NCBI GenBank assembly: GCA_946408385.1
Contig: CAMJSB010000001.1
Span: 36,347-100,346 of the forward strand
Direction: 5' to 3'
DNA: 64,000 nt
From: an uncultured bacterium
GTDB taxonomy: Bacteria > Patescibacteriota > Gracilibacteria > Absconditabacterales > Absconditicoccaceae
Positions within the stretch are counted from its first letter, which is position 1. Every line of letters begins with the position of its first letter. A model generated the notes under the pieces. It was not told where the DNA came from and did not search any database. It saw only the letters and a list, made by a program, of their open reading frames with translations. Shown in pieces: positions 1-11,625 of this stretch. The position numbers were made by a program, and so were the translations under genes.

Positions 1-481
1 TGCTATTCAAATATATATTTAACAAATCTGGATTTATTAAATCAGGATTTACTCTTATTAATGCTATATTTTGATTAATATTAGCTGGAAGATCTTCTTC
101 TCTAACTATGGAAACTCTTCATACAACTTTTTCAGAGGCTCAAATTATAGTTACAATTATATCTCATTTTTTTAGTTGTGACGATTTTATTTCCTCGTTT
201 CATAATTCTGATAAAAAATCATTAAAATTATGATTAATATAATTTTCTCTTAAATTATCAGTTTTTATAAAGTTAATATTTCCTCAATAAAATTTATCGT
301 TTTGCTTAGATGGTGTATGTCAAGTAATCACTTTGCTCGATGGTATGAATGATTTTATTTTATTGCATTTAATATTGCTTAATTTTTCTCTCAGCTCTAA
401 ATATTCTGGTCTAAAAAAATCAGCATCAAATCTTCATGCTTCAATTACATCTTTATATTTTATGTGTGAAATCTGGGACAT
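1..481 (-). CDS. hsdS: Restriction-modification specificity (S) subunit, truncated by window edge
   Basis: With TGA=Gly: MSQISHIKYKDVIEAGRFDADFFRPEY...VITGHTPSKQNDKFYGGNINFIKTDNL...LKKGDIIVTIIGASEKVVGRVSIV...ANINQNIALIRVN, a TRD-like sequence. Its ATG overlaps the TAA of the upstream ATPase gene (TAATG). Confidence 0.8.
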
Positions 482-2268
482 TATTTTATATTATCTTTAA
501 TAAATTTTAGTACTGTTTCAAAGTTATTTAAAGTATCTTCCGATAATTCACATTCTTTATTGTTAATAAAAATATCTTCTATAGCTTTATTAAAATGATT
601 TTTATCATATTCTGTGTCATCAGGAAATGTAGTTTTTTGTATTTTCAACCTATCATCGTCTGTAAACAAAAACTCTGTAGTTTTCCCATTAAAATCCTTA
701 TCAATATCATTTAAGGTGAAGATATGAGATTCTAATTCTTTAGAAATATCTTTTATATAGTTGTCTTTTGATTCTTTTCATTCATCATCTCAATCAAATA
801 TTCAAATAAATTTTCTATTATTTGCTATATATTCACGGAATACTTTTGCATAGGAAGTAACTCATCATCATGGATAAAAGTTATGCTTAAATATTTTATT
901 AAAATATTTTTCTTTTATTCGTTTAAATGTGTAATAATCATGCTTTCATTCTGTGAAGATTATATTATTTGTAAGTTCAAATGGATTTGTCGCAAAATCT
1001 AATGCATCAAGTATTGGTTTAAAATGTGAATAATCTTCAACAGACTGAGCTACAAATTTTCTATAAGATGTTGCTTTTATATTTTGTCTGTAAACAAATT
1101 CGTCTTCAATATTATTTCTTCATTCATCTTTTACTACAAAGGCATTAAGAATATATTTTGGGTTTATTAAATATGGACTATGTGTTGAATAGATTATTTT
1201 TGCTTTATCATTACCAACTATTCTGTCAAAAATGGTAAGTAATTTCTGTTGTGAATGTTCGTGTAAATTACTTGCTGGTTCATCGAATAAAAATAAATAT
1301 TCTCAAGATTCTTCGTCCCTAGCTTTTCTGAATTCTGTGAATAGTATAAAAGAGAAAAATCGCCTAAATCATAAACTCATGTCGCTAATCTTAAACCTTG
1401 AGTCTCAAATACCTATATCAATGTTAAAATAATATCATACACTATCATAAAATATTTGTATTTCAATATCTTTTTGGGGTCAAGGAAAGATTTCTCATCG
1501 AGGGATTATTATATTTTTATTTAATGCCGATGATACCCTTTTTAATATTGCATTTGCAGCAGCACCATCTGCTGAATTTCAAGAATCTCATCCTCTTTTT
1601 TTTTGTAAGAAATCATTTATAGAACAATTCACAGAAGAAAAAACATCATTAAATATATTTTTATACATACTATTTATTTCTTGTTCTTGTTTTGGAAAGC
1701 GTTCATCTAAATCCTCTAGATAAATTTTTTCTGGAAAACTAAAGAGAAAATCCGAAAAATACAAAATCTTAGGGAATCTTTTTCTCAGTTGAATCGTAAG
1801 TTCATTTCGAACATCCTTATTTTTTTGGAATAATGATTTATAATTACGTTCTTTAGATGTTTTAACCATTATTTGGAATGTCCACAAATTTTCTTTACTT
1901 TGATATTTAGAATTTGTATAGTGATATACTTTTTTTATTGAGATTTCATCTATATCATTTTTTAAAATCAACTTTTTTTGTTTACAAAAGTCTCTAATAA
2001 ATTTATTGTCATCATTATTTAGTTGTAATGTAGCTGAACATGTAATTTCTCATGTAAAATTTGCTAAATCTTTTTTGTGTATGTATGTAAATTTTTTATC
2101 ATCATCCATTTCTTCTTGAAAAAAATTTATAGCTTCTAGAATTGTCGTTTTTCAGCTTTCGTTTAATCAAACAAGTGGGAAAATTTTTCATTGAGGAATC
2201 TTTGAAAGATCTATTATTTCGTGATCAATACCTTTAAATTTAGAAATTTCGAACTTTACATACTTCAT
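481..2268 (-). CDS. OLD-family ABC ATPase + TOPRIM nuclease (595 aa)
   Basis: Walker A VGLNESGKTT, signature SDMSLGFR(W)FFSF, Walker B LFLFDEPASNLH, H-loop IIYSTHSPYLI, TOPRIM IIFTEGKHD and FDGD. Confidence 0.8.
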
Positions 2269-2290
2269 TTGTATATATAATTGGTAAAAA

Positions 2291-4339
2291 TTATTTCCAG
2301 AAACTTAATTTCTGTTCTTTAGCCCATTTTTCAAAAGCTTTTGCAATTTCTTCTAAATCATGGTGCTGTATCAAATGTCCATGTTCATCTAATTTTCTTT
2401 CTCCATTATCGTATTTTTCGTAAATTTCCTCTCATGAATTATCTTTTCCTGTACATTCACTTACTGCCATAAAGATTTCGTAGTCATCTAGTTTTGGATT
2501 ATAAGTTGGAGAATCAGGATTTTCATCTCGTTTTTGAACGAATAATACACTTGTTTTTGTTCATGTATGAGGTTTAAAAGTGTTATTATCTAATCCAACA
2601 ACTGCGATTAATCTCGCTCTTTCCATGATATATTTTCTAATTCTTTCATCACTACTATTATTAAATCTTCCTTGTGGTAATACAATAGCCATTCTTCCAC
2701 CAGGTTTCAAGAAATCTAAGTTTCTCTCTATAAACAATACATCACGAGAAACTGCATTTGCTTTTTTACCTTTATCATCAAAAGATACTGCATAATCAGC
2801 CAATAATCTACTATCTTTTATATCTCATGCAAAAGGAGGATTTGCCATAATAATATCAAAATCAAACTCTTTTGGCTCTTTTGGATTTTTACAATGTTTC
2901 ATAAGTCTGTAATATCATTCTCCGTAATTCTGAAATCGTGATTGATCTTTTAATTTTTCTTCTCGTCTCGTATAATCGAGAGTATTTAAATGTAGTACAT
3001 TCGTTTTTCAATCTCATGCAATCATGTTTAAAGTTCTTGCAACTCTTACAGATTTTTCATCGAAATCTATTCAGAAAACATGGTCTACAAATTCTTTTTG
3101 TTCAGAAGTTAAAGCCTGATTTGAGAAATTATGGAAATTTGCTTTTCATTGATTTACTAATTTATTCCAAACATTAAATAATGTGTGAACTGTGAATCCA
3201 CAGCTTCCACAAGCTGTATCTATCATATATTCATGTGGCTGTGGATTTATCATATAAGCACACATATCAATTACATTTCTTGGTGTGAAAAATTGTCATT
3301 TTTCTCATTTTGCTGATTTATTTACAAGATATTCAAATGCTTCATCTATAACTTGTAGATTTGAATTGAATAATTTTACATTCTGCAAAGAAGCAACACA
3401 AATCTGAAGATGATTTTCATCGGTAATTCTTAATGGCTCTCAATCTTCAAATATTCATGGTCGTTTCTTTTTCGCTTTTTTATAAAGTTCATTTATTACT
3501 TGTTTTGTGTGAAAAGCATCTCCACGGCTTCTAAATTCTAAAGCTCTAAAATCATCATTTGAAATGGTTGATAAGATTTCTCTATCTGTGAATTCTGGGT
3601 GCTGTTTCTTTTGTATATTTGCTGTCTTTTCAATAAAAATTCTATCATCAGCACTCTCCATTTCATCGTAAAGTTTTATGAAAATTAGCTTAAAAACTTC
3701 TTCAAAAACATCTACTCAAGCATTTGCTAGTACTTCATCTTCAAGGTCTTGAATTACTGATTTTAAAGATTTTCTTTCTTCTTGAAGTTTATCTTTTTGC
3801 ATTAATTCTAAATATGTGAATCTCTCATCTTTTACATCATCGATAGTTTCATTAAATGAAGGAATATCAGAAAGTGGCTCAAAATAATTCGGATTTAATC
3901 TCTCGTAGTAATTTATTTCCATTCAGTTTGTCCAAACAGCGAGCGGTGCTCAAGTCGCATTTGTATATGATTTTAATTGATCTTTTCAGTCTTTTGCATT
4001 TGCTTTTTTTATTTCCAAAACACAATAAACGGTTGTTTTATCTTGTTTATTCAAAATTACGATGTCAGCAAATTTCTTTTCTCTACCAAAACTTACTGTA
4101 TATTCTACATCTAGCAGTTCTATTGGGTATTGATAATCGTGGATTAGTTTATCAAGCATTAACTGTCTGATAATTTCTTCAGGTTTTACTTGAATATCTT
4201 TTTGTCTTTTGATACAAGTCAAAAAATATTTTCAGTTTTTCTCGAAAATGGAATTTTCAACTCTTTCAATGCTGTCTTTTGAAAATACTGATAAATCATA
4301 TTTTCAAGTAGATTTTACTAATTCTGAAAAGTTTAGCAT
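2291..4339 (-). CDS. Fused HsdR_N-like endonuclease / N6-adenine DNA methyltransferase (682 aa; type IIB/IIG-like RM subunit)
   Basis: N-terminal PEEIIRQL...ADIVI...LEIK...QLKSY PD-(D/E)xK motif, followed by GQFFTPRNV, IDTACGSCGF (SAM binding) and IIMANPPFAG (motif IV). Confidence 0.9.
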
Positions 4340-4444
4340 GTAATATCAAATATTAAGTAAATTTTTTCATAAATATAATTGTAGAAATATGATATCAAAA
4401 AGCAATTATAAAATTTTTTATCACTAATCAGTCTTTTATAATAT

Positions 4445-5524
4445 TTAAAACAATGCCCCTTGCTTAAACCTCACATTCTGTAATCCACTAATCGTCATTC
4501 AAACCAGATTTATATCTTTTTTGTTCCATAACTCATCAAATAACTTGGTAGCATAAGTATATAATTCTTCTATCGTATTTATCGGATTTGGTAGTGTCAT
4601 TTGATGAGATTTTGAGGAAAAATCTGTATATCTCACATGGACAGTTAGCCTATCTCATGCTAGGTCTCTTTCTTTTAGAGAGAATGCGAGTTCACTGGCA
4701 AATCACTGTAAAAAAGTCAGAATATATTCTCTATCTTTTGTATCCATTTTGGTAATCGAGGAAACTCAGATACATTTTCTCTCATCGTAGTTATTTTCTA
4801 CTTTGCTGTCATCAATTCAATTTGCATAATCGTGGAGAATTCATCACCATCTTCCAAGTCTAGCTTTAATTTCTCATTTATTTTTTTGAGCTAAATCTCA
4901 GATAGTATTGATTCATAATTTCTTTAATTCAGGCTCTGTTTTTCTTCCACATCCAAATAAATCTCTGATAGGTAGAGGCCATAGTTTTTCTTGGATTTCG
5001 TGTATATATAAAGTGTGAACCTTGTTAGGTTTTTCAAAATCTGAAGCCATTTTTGCGAGAAATTTGTTGTTTCAGATTCATACATTTACAGTGAATCAGA
5101 GTTTTTTGTTTATATAATCTTTAATTTCTGTGGCAACTTTTACAGGATCTCAGTATTTGTCTTGCATATTAGAGTCATATTCTACAAAGCATTCATCGAT
5201 AGAATATTGCTGGAACTGTGAAAATTTTTGTTTCAAGATATTCATCATTTCATCAGAGCATTTTTTGTAGTAAGCATAATCAGGTGAGGCGATAATGACT
5301 TTGGGATAGATTTTTTGTACTTCGGATAATCTCATTGGAACTTTGATTCATAATTTTTTGGCAGGAGAGGATGCAGCGACGATGATGCTTTTTCAGACTT
5401 CTTTGAATCATACTACTGAAACATCATTTCTAATATCTCTCGTATATCATTTTTCCAAAACTTGCTTGGCAGACCGAGACAAGAAAGCTGAATTTACATC
5501 AATGTGAAATACTATTCTCTGCAT
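4445..5524 (-). CDS. dinB: DNA polymerase IV (Y family)
   Basis: MQRIVFHIDVNSAFLS(W)SA, YSIDECF, VNVGIGNNKFLAKMASDFEKPNKVH; 359 aa. Confidence 0.92.
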
Positions 5525-5920
5525 TCCAAAATTAAAAAATTCTGATATAAATTTAATTGAGATATATGAATATAAAATTCATTGTCAAATCGTTTTTTGA
5601 CAAAATGTTAGACAAAGAATTGGAGGAATTGTCATAAATATTACAAATGTCAATCTTGTAGGATATGAGTGCTATTAATGAAAATCTCTTCGGCGGATAG
5701 ACGAAATTGACAAGTTATTGACAATTTGTTAAAAATCTGTTAAATTCGCTTTTTTAGATTTATGTGTTAATGCTTACGGGAAGTAGGGTAGTGTGGAGTG
5801 AGAAAAATCTCAACTATTCAGTGTATTGATACATTATTCTGCTATTAAGTTTGATTAATGACTTTTAGTTTACGGATGAAAATTGGAAGGGGAGTCTTTA
5901 TTTTGAATTTTAATTATTTT

Positions 5921-5958
5921 AGGGGAGTTTTTCGTGGTAAAGCACTCCCCCGTTTTTG
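5921..5958 (+). terminator. Hairpin (GGGGAGT...ACTCCCC) followed by T-rich tract
   Basis: Inverted repeat in the non-coding region, followed by cgtttttg. Confidence 0.35.
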
Positions 5959-6436
5959 TTGGTAAAATTTTTGATAAGTAAAGTGTGTGAAAAAATAACG
6001 GATGATATTATATTTATTTAAATGTTTTAGAATTAAATAAATAAAAAAATCTGATCAAAAAGAAGTGATATTTAAAAATTATGTATGGATTAAAATCGAT
6101 GAAATTTTGTGTAAAATATGAAAAATCAGAAAATTTTAAGCGATGTTTTTTGTTCGAGGTGGTATATTGTTCCACTTTGATAAAAAACGTGTCTTATTTT
6201 CATTTTGTGTGAAATATGAGTTTGTACCTTGTATCTCTCTATTTTTACATAAATTCTGATGATTGTTGCATGTTTAAAGGGGAGTTTTAATCTGAAAAAT
6301 AAAAATAGACTGCCCCTTGTTGATAAAATTTTTTTATTTTTTTGTTTTGTTTGAGTTATGTATTTATTTTAATTTTTAAAATAACGAAAAAATCTAATTA
6401 TGGGTTTATATAGAAATCCGCAAAAAACATATATAT

Positions 6437-6470
6437 TTTACTTTGCACAATGTACCTTGTGCAAAGTAAA
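6437..6470. other. Palindromic dif-like Xer recombination site
   Basis: TTTACTTTGCACAA-TGTACC-TTGTGCAAAGTAAA: perfect 14-bp arms and a 6-bp spacer resembling the E. coli dif spacer TGTATA. It lies where the + strand changes from G/T-rich to C/A-rich. Confidence 0.65.
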
Positions 6471-6637
6471 CGTATTATTTTTTGAATTTGAATTTGCTCA
6501 TATTTCTATGTTTTAAACTAGATTTTTTGATTTATAAAACAAAAAAATATGATAAATATAAGCACATAATAAAATATTCTCCAATTTTTTATATAAACCA
6601 CTACCCTGCTACGATTTTACCAGTTCTAAACTGGATT

Positions 6638-7468
6638 TTATCGTCAACGTGGCATGTAATCATCATAGAAATCAGAATAATCAGGCGAATAATCATCATA
6701 GTCATAATCACTAACCACATGTTCATCATTACATTTTCTAAATCATGCCTTTTCTGCCACTTTTTCATTTGGAAAATATGATTCTCAATATTCTTTATCA
6801 ATAACTGTTTCAGAATAATTTACACATCATGGTAGATGATATATTTTTTCTCATGATTCATACGAAACATTTCATTTTATGGTACATTCTTTAACCGCCC
6901 CAACAAACTTATCACATATAAGATGTGCATACGTCATTGGTCCCATCCATCAAATCTTATATAATCATAATGCAAAAATATATGAAGATCAGATTAATAA
7001 CAAATAGCACAATCCAGATGCCACAATTAGTCAGAAAATTTTAATAAAAAAATCATTAAAAAACTCTTTGTTTAGAATCGAATCATAAAAAAGCGCCAAA
7101 AAGAACAATATCATAATTACAACAAAAACTCAGGAAGAATAACCCTTTGGCACTAGAAATCAAATAATAATTCAAAATATTAATAACGCAACAAAAAATC
7201 ATACTCAAAAATATTTATCCAAAAAATTATTAATTTTATCCTTCCTTTCTTGTCTTTTTATCTTATTTTCATCATATTTTATTTTCCCATTTTCATCTCT
7301 AGGAATGTCTTTTCAACAATGCCCACACTTCTTAGCTTTAAATGTTATTGTTAAATCACAATAAGGACATGCCGCAATTTTCATTCATTGATAGATAGAT
7401 TCTCAGCAAGAACTACACTTTTTAGCTTTATTTTCAATCATAGCTGAACAAAAAGGACATACTTTCAT
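6638..7468 (-). CDS. Double zinc-ribbon membrane protein with C-terminal Ada-like/'sunset' metal-binding domain
   Basis: CPFC..CSSC..CPYC..CGHC, then TM helices, then CTIKGNVSYESGEKIYHLPGCVNYSETVIDKEYGESYFPNEKVAEKAGFRKC. Confidence 0.75.
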
Positions 7469-7540
7469 AAAGTTTTTTTATTAATAATAAATTACATACC
7501 AAATATTAGAAATTAACAATATTTATCTTTAAATATAATT

Positions 7541-8314
7541 TTACCCAAATACACACTGACCATCAACAACCTCTGCCAATTGAGTTTCTTCTTCTACTCC
7601 AGCCTTTTCCATAAAACATTTATTATAATAAGAATTTCAATCTTGACCGCAGACTGTAATCTGTGGCTGATTATAACACTCCTCTATATATTCCTGATAC
7701 TCTCATTCAGATTCATGCATATCTAATACATCTTGCACGTCAGATTTTAATAAATCACAACCTCAATCTATTACATCACTCATATAACAAAAATCATCAT
7801 CACTAAGTATACAAATATCAACTCAATCTTCAGTCTTTGATACCTGTCAATTGCTGTCAATACAAGCCTGCTCTGCATATGGATATAAATTATCATCTGA
7901 ATAATATACATCTCATTCATGACATCTTTCTGCTGCTAAATCCTCAAGATAACAAAACGATCCAACTGAATAAAAGCAAACATCTTGCTTATCTCATCAC
8001 TCATTCCATTCTTCTATTCTTCATCATTCCTCTTCACATATTTGCGTTACTAGAGTTATCCACTCCCCTCATCACTGATGTAACCATTCACATTTTCAGC
8101 TCTCCAGATCATCCAAATAACATCGTTCATCTTCATAAAAAATACAGATAGAATTTCATTCAAAATCAGTTGTTACCTCTCACTCATTATCAACGCATTC
8201 TTGCTCTGCCTCTGGATATGCCATTTCCATTCAAGGTCAATCCATAATATCAAAACATCACGATAAAACTGCACAACATAAAAAAATCAATCAGATTAGT
8301 GATATTTTTTTCAT
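7541..8314 (-). CDS. Cys-rich acidic lipoprotein (DUF333-like repeats, Kazal-like C-terminus)
   Basis: Lipobox VLSGC, three ECxxxGG...C...C repeats, VCGQDGNSYYNKCF. Confidence 0.7.
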
Positions 8315-8332
8315 TACAATTTCCATAAAAAA

Positions 8333-8533
8333 TTAAATAACATGACTAGTTATTACAATAACTAAAGCTATCACAAAACATATAAGCCATGACTCACTAA
8401 TTGTCTCCTTAAAAGAAAATTTCTTCTTAGATTTCTTTGAAAATTTATTCATAAAATAAGATACCAAAGCATACACACACAAAACAAATAAAAATTCAAG
8501 GAACAACTCCACCAAAAAATACAAAATATTCAT
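8333..8533 (-). CDS. Small two-TM membrane protein
   Basis: MNILYFLVELFLEFLFVLCVYALVSY...WLICFVIALVIVITSHVI. Start codon uncertain. Confidence 0.5.
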   Translation of the reverse strand: MNILYFLVELFLEFLFVLCVYALVSYFMNKFSKKSKKKFSFKETISESWLICFVIALVIVITSHVI

Positions 8534-8743
8534 AAAATAACACGTTAAAAATAAAATCACAACTATATTGCATATTCATAATAATTTTTCAAGATATATC
8601 ACATGATTATTATTTCTTTACACAAAAAAAGATTTTTACATACAATATATGCCAGATCATATTTAACATTGATTATTAAATATTTAAGAATATACATACC
8701 TATCCATAAATAGAAATATTTTTACATCTTACAAAAATACAAA

Positions 8744-8905
8744 ATGGAAGACGAAACGAAAGGCTATGAACATGCAAACAAGAGGATTTGTAGACACCAC
8801 CTACAAAGAGAAGTATGCAGAGATTGTCTATTTGAAACACTATGCGAATTAGAGAACAAACAAAATAAGTCAAAACAATCAGAAAAAGACAATAATAAAA
8901 ACTAA
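8744..8905 (+). CDS. Small Cys/His-containing protein (53 aa)
   Basis: MEDETKGYEHANKRICRHHLQREVCRDCLFETLCELE... Confidence 0.4.
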   Translation: MEDETKGYEHANKRICRHHLQREVCRDCLFETLCELENKQNKSKQSEKDNNKN

Positions 8906-9000
8906 AATACAGTAAAATAAGGGACGAAAATTTGCATTTTCAAGAAAAAGGATTATACTATAAAGGTAAACAAAATTTTAAATTAGGAAACCACTTTTCT

Positions 9001-11007
9001 ATGAAAATTAGAGGACTAAAGATATCAAATTTAATGAGTTTTCCTTATGTAGAAAATCTAAATGATTTTGAATGAATAAATTTTGAAAAACTTGAAAAAG
9101 ATTCTGATATGAACATCTTAATTTGAGCAAATGGATCAGGTAAAAGTAATTTCATAGAAATAATCAATCAATTTTGTAGAAATTTAATATTTGACTACAC
9201 TTTCAATCAATCAATTATAACAAATAATAAAAAATCTGAATATAAAAATGCAATTCAACTAGTAAAAAAGTCTGCATACAAACTAAGTAAACATTCAAAA
9301 TTTCAAAATAAGCCATCAAAAATTGAAGTCACAATAGAGCTTTTTGATTCTGATTTTGATAACATATGATTTGTGTGTAAGAACACAGAAAAAATCAATT
9401 CAATTATTGAGAAATATAGCAATCTAGATTATAAATTTCCACACTTCAACTTAAATCATATAAAAAATGAAATAAAAGAAATTCATCTAAATGCTGAATT
9501 TGATGAGAAAAAGCAAGAATTTATCATAGACAAAGATACCTTAACTCCTATGGAATTTTTCTGTCTAGTTTGCATCCAAGAAAAGGAATTACTATATATA
9601 TGCACGCACATCTATAATAAATTCGAAAGAAAGAATTCTGATTCTATGCGATACTCACAAAAAAACACTTTCACAATATTATCTTCTCAAAGAGATTTAG
9701 TAGAACGAAAATATCTAAACGAGCTGCAAGACTTTGATAACTATATATTCAAAAAAAGTGAAGAAACAAACGCAAACCTAGAATGATATTATAAATGTCT
9801 TCGAAAAATACGAAACATAATCCAAAAACGTACACAATACGATATTGAATTAAGTAGAAAAAATCATGAATATGACAACGATTTTAGCATTGATGAAGCA
9901 CGAGAATCAAGATTATATAAATCAAAATTTTGGAAACAACTAACGTGATTAGTTGAAAAATTTGTACATAAAATCTTAACAATAGAATATATACAAGGTT
10001 GAATAAATTTACAGCTCAAAAATCCCGATTGAGATCCTTGTTATTTTGATGATTTATCAGCGGGACAACAATCATTATTATTAATAATTTTTTCATTAAT
10101 ATGAAATGACCTAGAAAATTGATTTATGATAATAGATGAACCAGAGCTTCACATCCATCCACAACTACAAAAAGAACTATCTCTACTATTCAACCATATT
10201 AGCGATAATTATTGAACTCAATTTTTCTTATCTACATATTCAGCACTATTTATCAATGAAGACAACATTACAAACGTTTACAGATTTTCAAAAGATAACT
10301 GATGAACAAAGGTATTTACACCATACATTAAAATAGCTCCAGATGACGCAAAATTAGTACATTTACTTAGATTCGAGAATCTTTCTAAAATCTTTTTCGT
10401 AAACAAAATTATTATGGTAGAATGAGATTCCGATTTATATTTCTTCTCCCATTATTTAAAGTGGTTACAAGAACAACCAGGTTGGGAATTTATAACATGA
10501 ACATATGAAATAGTAAACATCAATGGAAAATGATCATACAACTCTCGACATAAATTTTTAAATAAATTCTGAATTGAAAATTATTTCATATGAGATTGGG
10601 ATAATACAGTAGATTATGGATTTTTTACACCAAAAGAACTATGAAAATATTATCAATTAGCAAATAAATATCTCAAAAATATCAAATGATTAATTTGAGA
10701 TTATTATAATAGATTAGTTCTTGTTATCAAAAAATTTTATCCACAAAAATATCATAGAATCATTGAATGAATTGAAAATTTATACAAAGATCATGTTTAT
10801 ATTCTAAAACTTTGAGCCATTGAATCCTACCCTCGCCTAGAAAGAAAATGATTGCAATATATGGTAAATTTCTGTAATCTTGAATTCGAGCATTGGCTAA
10901 TAAATCCTGAAACAAACGAACAAAGAAAAGAATTACACGATATTTTTAGTAGCATTTTTTCAAAAGAAACACAAGACGAGTGATGATATATAGAAAATCC
11001 TTTCTAA
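9001..11007 (+). CDS. Second OLD-family ATPase + TOPRIM nuclease (668 aa)
   Basis: IGANGSGKSN, LSAGQQ, MIIDEPELHIHPQLQ, IIMVEGDSD, IGDWD. Confidence 0.85.
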
Positions 11008-11021
11008 AAAATCAAACACAA

Positions 11022-11591
11022 CTAATTTCACATATGCTTAATATAGAAATATACAGCAACAATAACCAAAATCACAGCAAAAACCAAAACAACATATGTT
11101 TTTGTTTCTTGTTCTTTAACTCTTGACTTCATTTTTGCTAACTTTTCCTCAAGAACTCTTTTTTCCTGAATAGCCTGCTGTTTTTCCTTATTATAATCTG
11201 GAAGAGCTATCATGGTCTGAATTTTTGCTTCCAACTCTCCTATTCTCTGCTGCAACATAAATATAATCTTATTTTTTTCATCTATTTGTTTATCCTTTTC
11301 TTGAAAAATTAAATAAAACTTATCCAACTTTTCATCAAGAGTAGATAAATCTGAAACTGGTTTCACTGAAATAGATTTTTCATCTTTTTCTCATAACAAT
11401 TCTGTAGAAATTTCCTGACGTAAAGACGAAAATTCATTTTGCAAAACCCTTAATTCCTCCTCATTAAGTATAACCTTATTAGCAATCTTTTTGTAAGAAA
11501 GTCTACCTGATTTCACATATCTATCTATTGTCCTAGTAGATACTCAAAGTAAAGACGCCGCTTGATTTCTTGTTACAGTATAACGTTTCAT
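11022..11591 (-). CDS. HTH_17/MerR-like DNA-binding protein with coiled coil and C-terminal TM helix
   Basis: TRNQAASLLGVSTRTIDRYVKSGRL, heptad-rich middle, YVVLVFAVILVIVAVYFYI. Confidence 0.8.
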
Positions 11592-11625
11592 TAATATATT
11601 ACATTCAAAAATATAAATCTAAATT

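Noticed and set aside
5770-5868. 32-codon ORF in the non-coding terminus region
   Set aside because: Too short and without recognisable features.
9001-11007. Gabija system
   Set aside because: No adjacent UvrD-like GajB helicase.
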